32,000 bases of DNA from Candidatus Saccharimonadota bacterium (GCA_042852035.1 BAAFHK010000001.1:540001-572000); one strand, 5' to 3'. Positions 8,843 through 20,071 are shown, counted from the first letter of the stretch. A program made the numbers and translations. Notes: generated by a model from the sequence alone, not told the origin.

Positions 8843-8871
8843 TTGACATACATATTTTATATATTTATAAT
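8843..8871 (+). promoter_or_regulatory. Consensus sigma70 promoter
   Basis: TTGACA at 8843..8848 is followed by an exact 17-nt spacer and TATAAT at 8866..8871. Confidence 0.75.
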
Positions 8872-8879
8872 TATAAAAT

Positions 8880-8906
8880 ATGAGGCGTGTTCGTCGAAAC
8901 AAATAG
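8880..8906 (+). CDS. Eight-codon Arg-rich mini-ORF (MRRVRRNK), a possible leaderless upstream ORF
   Basis: Its ATG lies 9 nt after the -10, at the expected transcription start. It ends at TAG 8904..8906, 44 nt before the next gene. Confidence 0.25.
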   Translation: MRRVRRNK

Positions 8907-8949
8907 ACTCAAGCACAGCGAATTCAATACTACATAATTTTTTATTACT

Positions 8950-9459
8950 ATGAGTGGCGATAAGTTTCTAGCATGAAATAGAGCAGATATTCTTCGAGAA
9001 AATCTAAAATGAAAAAGCTCTGAAGAAAAAGGGAAATACCTTAAAGAATTTCTCTGTGTCGCTTCTTTTAATATTGAAAATCATGCTTTTGGCTACTGGC
9101 TACTAACTCGAAACGATGGGAAGACGGCAATATTTTCTCATGAAAAAAACCAGCTCATAGAAATTCCTCATGAAAAATGAGAAGACCCTAATTTTTGAGA
9201 TATCAGCATCTTACTCTCATTAAGTCCCCGCTGAAGCAATACAAGAGTTATGATTGCTGCAATCGGTTGAATCAGACAAGAATGAGATGATCCAATACGT
9301 GATATTTCATCCCTCGGAGTCATTCATGATACAAAATTCGAAAAAATTGAATGAATTCCATCATGAGTATCCATCATGACGGGACTTAGGATATATATAT
9401 CAAAGCTTCGAGCACTTCATGCAGCAACATGAATACAAGGAGAACAAAAAATTCACTAA
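8950..9459 (+). CDS. Hypothetical protein, 169 aa
   Basis: I read every codon from ATG 8950 to TAA 9457..9459. The frame contains 10 in-frame TGA. Confidence 0.55.
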
Positions 9460-9465
9460 TTTATT

Positions 9466-10389
9466 ATGAACAAACCCATTATTGTTGATCTATCGCGATG
9501 ATTCAGGGCCCACATTACTGGTCAGGATACATCATGTATGGCACTCAGCAGAGCAATTCAATCACTTGGCACAGATGTACTTCGGTCCTTCGATCCCTGG
9601 AATATAGATATGAGGAACCCGCGCCCGATCCTCCAAGATGCTGAAGTTAATGTAAAAACCTGAATCGCAAAGGCTGATGCCCCTCTCTTTTTTAATGCCA
9701 GATGGGCGAGAAGTATCGCTCATGGATCAGATATGATATTTCCTGTGGCACGATTAGCTCAAAGACTTCTCACCCCTGGTGATAGCATAACTGCTGTTTC
9801 ATGATGATTTGAAAAACAAGCCACACATGATATACATATCGTCATATATGATCCAACACTCACTCAGTGAGCAGATCAAAAATGAGAACAATATGGATCA
9901 GGAGAATTCAAAACGCTTCAAGGAAGGACCCTAAGGTATCAAATATTGGCTCAAAAATATAATACAATCCAAGGAAAAAGAGAAAGAAATCCTCTAGCAG
10001 AAGCAGTAATTCGAGAAAATAAAGTAACTCATGAATGACCAAACTTTTCGGTTCCATACGACCCTAAAATGCTTCAAATAATAGGCAGAGACTTCCAGGA
10101 AAATCCAGAATTTCAAACTTCAAGTATGCTTGAAGTCGCTACTTTTATTGGAAGGGAAGTATTTCGAAGACTAAAAGAAGAAGAGAAGATAAAGTACGAA
10201 ATGCTGTTTGTAAGAAGTGTGGAAAATCTCCCAGTTTCCCTAGATGGATTTCAATCCACTGAAGAAGAAACTCTTCCTGCGAGAATCATACGAAGAAAAA
10301 ATATTAACAGTTGGAATTATCTTTTTATCGAAATAATTTTTCCATTCGCACGATGAGAAAAAACAAAACTCTGCCTCGCCTACAAATAA
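9466..10389 (+). CDS. Hypothetical protein, 307 aa
   Basis: I read every codon from ATG 9466, which lies 6 nt after the upstream stop. The frame includes track ORF 10069..10356 and ends at TAA 10387..10389. GQDTSCMALS followed by THDIHIVIYD could be a Cys-His-Asp arrangement, but this is unverified. Confidence 0.55.
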
Positions 10390-10490
10390 AATATATTTTA
10401 TAAATCCCGTCTTTACTATTATTAGAATACATTAAGAATGACCGTAAATAGGATTTGAACTTTTCATTTTCTCTAGAGGAATGAACGTAT

Positions 10491-10513
10491 ATTATGAATA
10501 TATTATTCATAAT
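10491..10513. promoter_or_regulatory. Perfect 10-bp inverted repeat just upstream of the large surface-protein gene
   Basis: attatgaata (10491..10500) and tattcataat (10504..10513) are separated by 3 nt. The repeat ends 8 nt before ATG 10522. Confidence 0.35.
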
Positions 10514-10521
10514 ACTTCACT

Positions 10522-13500
10522 ATGTGATACCTCCTCTCATGACTCAGGATTCTTGGGATTGGTTGAGTACTTTTGAGCTCTATATTTAGCGCTTGAGAAC
10601 TTCGAGCAGCATCTGCTATATCAAATACCGTAACCTCATATGAATATGCTGAGCTTAATAATTGTATTATTCCTATTTGAGAATCCAGCTGTACTGCAAC
10701 CCTTGTCGTATATGGACCTACTGGGATGACTTATACAGTAAAAAATCTCACAAGAGCAATAACATCAAGTAATATTATTACTCCAAATAACTATATCCTC
10801 TACTACGATACAAGATATGCTTACGTACTCAAGGATACCATTTTGGGTGATGCCGCTAATCGACTCACGTACTGAGATAATGATCTTACCATAACTCCTC
10901 CAGGAACAAATATCGCAAGCCTAAAAGCTGTAGGGAATGCATCTTGTGCAAGCTGAAGTGCTTGGAATTGAAAAATTTGTAGCCTTCCAAATCCTCCTGA
11001 ACAATCTGATGGAACCACTACCAGTATTGTCACGATAAAATCAGGAAATTGAGATACTTCGTATTCTTTTGATCTTCCAAAAAATATTTCAAAGAATTAT
11101 TACATGCCAGATCAGGTTGAGAAAAAAATAAGTATTCCTAGCACTACTTCAGTACTCAATATTACTCTCTCAAGCACGAAAGACAGATGTAGCATTTCGC
11201 CAAACTATTCTACAGATAGTGGTCTTATCTTTTCAAGCAATGCAAAAGACTTCATGAAATCGGGGCTCCAAAGCGCAACCACTACAATTCCCGTATTTGC
11301 CACTTATTCAAGCATTGCAAGCTCAAGTATATCATATGGAAAGCTTTCAAGTATTTCTATCAGTTGTGATAATTATACAGAACTCGTGAAAGATCTTATA
11401 ATTTTTAAGTTATCTTCTCTTTCTTCAGTTCCTCCAGTCACAGATAGAACCATGAAAGCATCAAATTGCAGTATATCAATATGAAAAGGAACCTGTACAT
11501 CTACAGTAAGTATCAAGTCAAATCCTAGCTTTTACTACAGCCTGGAAAATAGCACTCGATGACTAACAATGACAAATGCATTCTATCCAGGAAGTTCTCT
11601 CACCCTATCAAGCTCACCCCTTGGAGAGGAAGCGGCAAACTCTCTTACAAATGGAATAAATTCTCTGCGCCTCAAAGAAGGAGATAAAATCGTAACGAGC
11701 ACCCAAGCAACAGCAAGTTGTGTATCTTGAAGTACCTGGAACGGGCAACTCTGTAAAGAAAATGCTCCTATAACCCCTCTTGCAATCACTTGTTCAAAAA
11801 CTACTTATGAAGCATGAGATAGTATTTCGTGTAAGATATCTGGTGGATCTGGGGTAAGAATGTGTTGGCAAACTGGAACAAGTACCACTTCCCCTGTCGA
11901 ATGTACGAGTGTTGGATGGGTAATAGATGGAAGCAATCTTTATTATTCCAAAAACCTATCAACCGGAACAATCGGAAATTATACACTCTTCGTAAAGGAT
12001 GCTCTTGGAAAAAGTGCATCAACAACCGTCTCATATAAGGCTCGATACCAGGAACTTATTACCGATAACTGTACCATACCTACAGGAAAGAATAGCTGTA
12101 CTTCAACAGTTTACCTGGTTAACCCAATATCAGGAAAATCCTATGATCTAAGAAATACTACTCGCAATATTACAACCAAAAATTTCTTTACTCCAAACAG
12201 TATAGGAACACTTCCTGGAAGTAATTATCCTGTATATAAAGTAAGCACGGCTCTTTCAAATGAGAGTGCAAATATTGGAACTTACGGAACAAATAATGTT
12301 ATTGTTGTAGATAACACCATCTCAACTCTATCAGCTAAATTCATTGCGTCTTGCGAGAAATGATCTTCCTGGAATGGACAAATCTGTATGGCAACCACAA
12401 AACCTCCTGTGTCCTGCACTTTACAAGTGCGACTTTGTGAAGATGGTATCCCAATGCCAAGAAATCCAGATACATGTGAATGGCTTCCATGACAATGCGC
12501 CCCAATTCCTACAACAACAGACTCCCCACTTACGGGTTACAGTATAAACGACACAACATATCCATTCACAGGGTCAATTATCACACTCAAAGATACTGTA
12601 GTGTTCTCACTCAAATGAAAAAGTCGTCCTGGTAGCATTCTTTATTTTTACCGAACATGAGAGAAGACATATGAGACCGCTGTAGCTGATCGTACAAGTG
12701 GTGAATGGAGCTTCGCAAAAATATGGTCACCTACTGGATCTAAGGTGATTATCCCAGGAGAAAATACTTACAAACTTTCCACAGTTCCTCCAGGCACTCA
12801 AAGCTCTACTACAAATACTCAAGGAAATTCTCTCATTGCAACACAAGAATATACGCTTCGTATCAATCTCATCTCCACAAGTTCTTCAAATAATTCCGTA
12901 GTCATCGAGGCAAAAAATTGTATTATTCCTATTGGAAAAAGTACATGTGCATCTACAGTAAATGTTACCTCAAAAAAATATATCTGAACTACGGGGGGAA
13001 GGAGTTTTGATTATAGAAATTTCACTCGAAACCTCACAACATCAAATCTTTTTACGCCAAATAACGCTACCACAGTGAATGGTGGTTACCCTGTATACAC
13101 GGTAACATCAAATGCTACTGGCGATGCGGCAAACTATGCAACCATTGGCGACAATGACTTTGGGCTTATCGAATGAGGAGAGGTAATTGCAAAAGTAACC
13201 ATGACTGCAACTTGTGCCAATAAATCAAGTTGGAACGGGCAATTCTGTAAAGAAAATGCTCCTACCAATCCGATTCTGACTGGGGGAATCTTACCAAACC
13301 CCACAAATCCTTATGCAAAAATGACCGGGTGTACCATATCAGAATGATCCAGTACATGTCCTTCAACACTTATGGTATTTGCTCTAAGTGGAAAGACATT
13401 CACGGTTAAAAATGTCACAAGAAATATCGAATCAGCAAATAGTATAACCCCAGAGGATTTTCATATCGTCTGAGGAAAAGGGGTATATATATCTAAGTGA

Positions 13501-14085
13501 ACCATAAACAGTCCTGAGACTCAACAACTCACAAACGGAGTTAATTTTCTCATTATAAAAGAGAATGGACTTGTTCCTCTTACATTACAAGCAAGAGCAA
13601 TAGCTCGATGTGCCCCATGAACTACATGGAACGAGACAAAATGTATTAAAAAAAATATTCCAAATTTCTCCACAATTACGATTGAAACTGCTCAAGGTGT
13701 AAAGTCATTCGTAAATTCGAAGAGTATTTCCTTTGATCCAGCCATTGATAGCTATCTTACTCTTCGATGAGAATGACCACTTGGAAACATACAAGTATAT
13801 GAATGAAACCCTTCAAATATTATAGCCAGCAGCACTTCTCTAGATGCCCAGGGGAAATGGAAAATCACCCTCTCTCTCTGAACATCTCAAAATCCAGGAA
13901 ATCATACCTACACCATCTGGGACTGAACCAATACAAATACCGCCACTAAAATAAATGTTGACATAAAGACCTCCTCTATAAATACACCGAATAATTCTTC
14001 TAGCAATTCATGAAATACTTCATCATGAACCAGCACGAGTATATCGTCTCCACTCATAGTGGAAATGATTACTCTCTGAAACTAG
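10522..14085 (+). CDS. Large secreted/surface protein, 1187 aa, Ser/Thr/Asn-rich, with five four-cysteine modules
   Basis: I read every codon. The frame joins track ORFs 11104..11484, 11860..12363 and 12745..12987 through many TGA and ends at TAG 14083..14085. The N-terminus MGYLLSGLRILGIGGVLLSSIFSAG is hydrophobic and signal-like. Confidence 0.75.
10663..13644 (+). repeat. Five divergent modules of about 96-110 aa inside the 10522..14085 CDS
   Basis: Each module opens with C-x-I-[PS]-x-G-x3-C-x-[SA]-T and closes with C-x3-S-x-W-N-G-x2-C. The modules lie at 10663..10980, 11467..11754, 12070..12387, 12919..13248 and 13330..13644. A 34-nt stretch, tggaacgggcaaNtctgtaaagaaaatgctccta, recurs at 11737..11770 and 13231..13264 with a single mismatch. 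Confidence 0.7.
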
Positions 14086-14144
14086 TAGAAATCAATTATT
14101 TTGTATTTTTTTACGAATCCATATACTCACTCTAGATATTATCG

Positions 14145-14615
14145 ATGCTTCAAATCGTACACAAAAAACTTCTCGTCGTCTGAATTATCTTTCTTTTAAG
14201 CTGGATTTTTTGAAGTTTTCTTATTCATAAATTCGAAGCCTGATATCCAATAGGAGAAAATTATTTTAATGCCTTCTACTTTACTGTTATAACAACCGCA
14301 ACCATCTGATTCTGAGATCTCGTTCCGATGACTGTAGCAGGGAAGTGGCTCACCATGGGATATGCCATATTCTATGTTCCTCTCTTTCTCTATGTAATGA
14401 CCCTCCTTTTTCAGTCAAATCTCCATAAACTCAGACAATCTGATGAAATTCTTCATAAAGAGATAACCGATGTGGAATCAGATGTTAATATTATTCTTGA
14501 TGGCATGAAGCAAGCTATAGAAGATACTTGATGAGTCGAGCCATGAAACACCGGAGAGCCAAAACACCATCATAAGAAACCACGAAAAAGAAAACTTATT
14601 GCAAAAAGTGAGTAG
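14145..14615 (+). CDS. Minimal two-TM potassium channel (KcsA-like pore), 156 aa with a basic C-terminal tail
   Basis: The selectivity filter TTATIGFGD lies at 14292..14318, and both filter glycines are encoded by TGA (14307, 14313). TM helices flank the filter. The frame includes track ORF 14328..14531 and ends at TAG 14613..14615. Confidence 0.8.
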
Positions 14616-14738
14616 ATCTAGAAGGCTATCCCTTAATTTATAACTCTCCATCCTTTGTATTCTCCACGGGAAATTTATCACTTCCTTACATCTGAAGGCC
14701 TTAAGTCAGTCCTTGGAAAGTCATTTTACAAAAGACAC

Positions 14739-14939
14739 ATGGAGGATGATAATCGAGAAAGCCCCTTCGATACTCCTGATGAGATATTCTTACTTGAATT
14801 TCTTATTGCATGAGGCTACCTTATTGCTGAGTATCGCAGTGATCATGCAAATGATTCAGAAAGTTACCTCATATCCACTATGGGACATGCTTTCGTAAAA
14901 AACTATAAACAGTCTTTATTATTTCGACTCAGAGCCTAG
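14739..14939 (+). CDS. Possible small ORF, 66 aa
   Basis: The frame is open from 14637. It starts at ATG 14739 and ends at TAG 14937..14939. I recognise no motif. Confidence 0.25.
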
Positions 14940-14954
14940 GCACACTATTCTCGA

Positions 14955-15026
14955 ATGATCTATTGGATCATCTTTGCTTCTACACTTGGATCACTGATTG
15001 CTAATTTTATCTGGTACTATATGTAG
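14955..15026 (+). CDS. Possible 23-aa hydrophobic peptide (MIYWIIFASTLGSLIANFIWYYM)
   Basis: It shares a frame with the preceding ORF, separated from it by one TAG. Its stop lies 18 nt before a 10-bp hairpin. Confidence 0.2.
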   Translation: MIYWIIFASTLGSLIANFIWYYM

Positions 15027-15043
15027 TTTTTTATATGTAAAAA

Positions 15044-15079
15044 ATGAGGAAAACTACAAAATTACTTGATTTTCCTCAT
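15044..15079 (+). terminator. Hairpin, a likely terminator or insulator ahead of nrdB
   Basis: atgaggaaaa (15044..15053) pairs perfectly with ttttcctcat (15070..15079) around a 16-nt loop, followed by AT-rich sequence. Confidence 0.4.
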
Positions 15080-15085
15080 ATTTAT

Positions 15086-15134
15086 ATACTATATCTTGTA
15101 CCTCATATACTAACTCATACACTATATGTCGACA
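15086..15134 (+). promoter_or_regulatory. Two candidate NrdR-box-like half-palindromes
   Basis: atactatatcttgtac (15086..15101) matches the remembered consensus acaCwAtATaTwGtgt at 12 of 16 positions. acactatatgtcgaca (15119..15134) matches perfectly in the left half and weakly in the right, and it overlaps the nrdB ATG. The two starts are 33 nt apart. Confidence 0.3.
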
Positions 15135-16181
15135 CAAGATGCGAAAATTATCGATAAAAATCTCATATTTAATCCTCTCGGAAATGATGATGTCGGGGCA
15201 CGTACGATTATCAAATGAGCCACAACAGGACTTTTTAATCTCAATGCAGTAAAGTATCAGTGGGCAAAAAGTCTCTATCAGGTTATGGTAGGAAATTTTT
15301 GGGTCCCAGAAAAAGTAAGCGGACTCAAAGATGATGCTCGGGATTTTTCAACCACACTTACTCCTGATGAGCAAAGGGCCTACAAAGGGATTCTTTCATT
15401 TCTCGTGTTTCTCGACTCAATTCAGACGGTAAATCTTCCGAATTTTAATGACTATATTACGAGCCCTGAGGTGAATCTTATTCTTTCCATACAAGCCTAC
15501 CAAGAAGCCATCCACAGTCAATCATATGCAACTATTCTTGAAAGCGTAGTAAGTATGGAAGAGCGCAATGAAATTTATTATTTTTGGAAAAATGATGAAA
15601 CCCTTCTTGAGAGAAATAAATACATTGGTCAGATCTACCAAGACTTTATCGACACTCCCACAGATTATAATTTTTTCCGAGGAATAGTTGCAAATTTTCT
15701 TCTGGAATCTCTCTACTTCTATAATGGCTTCGCATTTTTTGATACTCTTGTAGATCACATGAAAATGCCAGCAACTGGTCGTATGATTGCTTATATTCGA
15801 CGTGATGAGCTTACTCATGTAACTATTTTTGCAAATATTATAAAAGAAATTAAACGAGAATTCCCCGAGGTTTATAATGAATCTCTCATCCTCGACATGA
15901 TGCGTACTGCAGTTGACCAAGAAATCAAATGGTCAAAGCATATTCTCGGAAATCGTATCCCAGGAATTAATGGAGAAACAACCGAAGAATATACAAAATG
16001 GCTCGCCAATCAGCGACTCTCAATGCTTGGTCTCGAACCACTCTATCCTGATGCTATAAGCAACCCATATAAACATCTTGATCGCCTTCAGGATCCAAAT
16101 GCTGATAAAGGAAACTTCTTTGAGACAACCGTTATCAATTACACTCAGAGTTCAAGTATGGCAGGAAGTTGGGATTTTTAG
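15126..16181 (+). CDS. nrdB: Class I ribonucleotide reductase small (beta) subunit, 351 aa
   Basis: Track ORF 15285..16181 extends upstream through one TGA (15216) to ATG 15126. Ferritin-like di-iron motifs are visible (...LDSIQT..., QEAIHSQSY, ESLYFYNGFAFF, IRRDELTHV), and the C-terminal tail is ...SSSMAGSWDF. Confidence 0.9.
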
Positions 16182-16184
16182 ACG

Positions 16185-17198
16185 ATGGAAAAACCTCAAC
16201 TCCACATTCCAAAAAATACAATTCCTCTTCTTATAGAAGAAATTTGCAAAGAGGAATGACTCGACTACTGGATTGAGCCAGAGTATAAATATTTTTGATA
16301 TGTAGAAACTGAAAGAGGACGAAGATTTTTTAAGAATTGGCACATAAACCAAAATCCTCTTGCCTCAATTGAGGTATGTAAAGATAAAGACTACTCAGCC
16401 CAGGCGCTTTCACGATTTTGATTTCTTGTTCCTGAGGGGAAGGTATTTTTTAGTGAAGAAGTAAACCTAAAAATCGAGAAAAAACGTACCTATGAGGATG
16501 CTCAAATTTACTGATTATCTCTCGGTTTCCCACTCATTATAAAACCCAATAATCTCTCTCAATGAGCTTGAGTATTTAAGGCAAATACCAAGGAAGAATT
16601 CCTCGATGCCCTTTCTCGAATGAGAGAATACAGTCATGCCTATCGAGTAGAACGATTTTATAGCGGAAGAGACTACCGTATCGTAGTATATGACGAAAAG
16701 ATTATATCAGCCTATGAACGAATTGCTCTTTCTGTAATCGGTAACTGAAGGGATACTATCGGTGACCTTATACAAAAAAAACAAGATGAATTTTTCAAGA
16801 TTGGAAGACCGGAAGTAATTGATATGTGAGATATTCGTATACTCAAAAAGCTTTCAAATATAGGATGTAGCTTCGATACTGTTCTTCCGGATAGGGAAAA
16901 AATATCCCTTCTTGATAATGCTAACCTTTCAACAGGATGAGAAAGCAAGGACATAACACCCTTGCTTCACCAAGACTTTGCTGATATCGCGATACGAGCA
17001 ACAAAATCACTCAATCTAGAGCTCTGTGGCGTAGATATCATTACTGGTGACGCTACAAAATCACTTGAGGATAATATGAATGAATATATTATACTCGAAG
17101 TAAATGCTTCACCCTGACTTGATAACTATATAACCTCTGGGAATACGCAGAGAAATATCGTAAAATCTATGTATCGGAAAATGCTTTTACTAGAATAG
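16185..17198 (+). CDS. ATP-grasp ligase, 337 aa (cyanophycin-synthetase / RimK / glutathione-synthetase-like fold)
   Basis: The ATG lies 3 nt after the nrdB stop. Motifs include GFPLIIKPNNLSQGAGVF, NLSTGGESKDIT and CGVDII...YIILEVNASPGL. I read codons across the start and the first 180 nt, then followed the frame to TAG 17196..17198. Confidence 0.7.
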
Positions 17199-17673
17199 TT
17201 CGTGGATCCGTTCTTCTTAATGCAAGGCTGCAAGCAACAATAGTTCAAGACATAATTGATGATGATATATTTTTTATTCCTCAAACTTTTGGACTTGAGT
17301 GAAAGTAATTTCACTCAGAATCCATAAATATACCAACATGAGAAATCATTTGAGCTTTATGTGCTAGGGATTTTCTATGAAAAAAAACTAGGTCCCCCAT
17401 CTCATGCTCATCGAGAGGAATGAGTCGAGCTCATGCAACTCAGCCATAAATCATGCTATGAATAAAATCACCGATATATGCATATGGAATAAAAAAACCG
17501 GTACTTTTCTCTATCATATATCTAACAGCCGTAATACAATGTGTCACTCATGGTGCATCTTCATAAGTGGCATCAAGTGCGTAATGAGTTCCACATAAAT
17601 CAGAATGTGCTTGATTGAATTTTTCAGCATTAAAACGAAGATCTTCAAATCGAAGTGCAATAAATTGTGACAT
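17167..17673 (-). CDS. NlpC/P60 (C40) family peptidase-like protein, 168 aa
   Basis: I translated the reverse complement by hand. SDLCGTH, GDLVFF, SHVGIF and YFHSS match the usual NlpC/P60 Cys ... GDLxFF ... HVGIY ... xH pattern. The stop (TAG on the minus strand) lies at 17167..17169, inside the end of the ATP-grasp gene. Confidence 0.6.
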
Positions 17674-17891
17674 AGCCTTCTAACGGGGAAGTTTATCTCA
17701 AGAAAGCCACTCAGCAACAATCCAGGTGGTTCAGCGAATAAGATTTCAGATAGGTCAAACCGATTCTCGAGCTTGATCGATACGAAGATTCGTGCGAATG
17801 ACTGGCGCTATGCGTCATGAATATCTTTGCAGCGGTCATGGAACAATTTTTTGGAAAGTTTTAGAAAGGCTATTCATAAGAAACAGATAAG

Positions 17892-17927
17892 AATAAAAAA
17901 ACACCCGAGCAAAAAGCGCGGGTGTTT
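17892..17927 (-). terminator. Intrinsic terminator oriented on the minus strand, with no obvious upstream gene
   Basis: aaacacccg (17899..17907) pairs with cgggtgttt (17919..17927). On the minus strand the stem is followed by a run of U (plus-strand A-run 17895..17900). On the plus strand only ttt follows. Confidence 0.5.
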
Positions 17928-18061
17928 GAAAAGTTATTACAACATACTATCTCAAAATACCCCGCGAGGAATATGCGGAGCAGGAGATAAAACTTGACCA
18001 GGTAATGATTCGTTTTGAAATAATCATATAATTGAGTGTAGTGAGACGGGAATTTTTGTAA

Positions 18062-20062
<2,001 letters not shown>

Positions 20063-20071
<9 letters not shown>

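Noticed and set aside
17680-17877. A 65-codon minus-strand ORF directly upstream of the NlpC/P60 gene, and an overlapping plus-strand open frame (17684..17890).
   Set aside because: Both strands are open here. All six Gly codons in the minus-strand ORF are TGA and there is no GGN, unlike real genes in this window. I recognise no motif. I treated the segment as a possible leader region instead.
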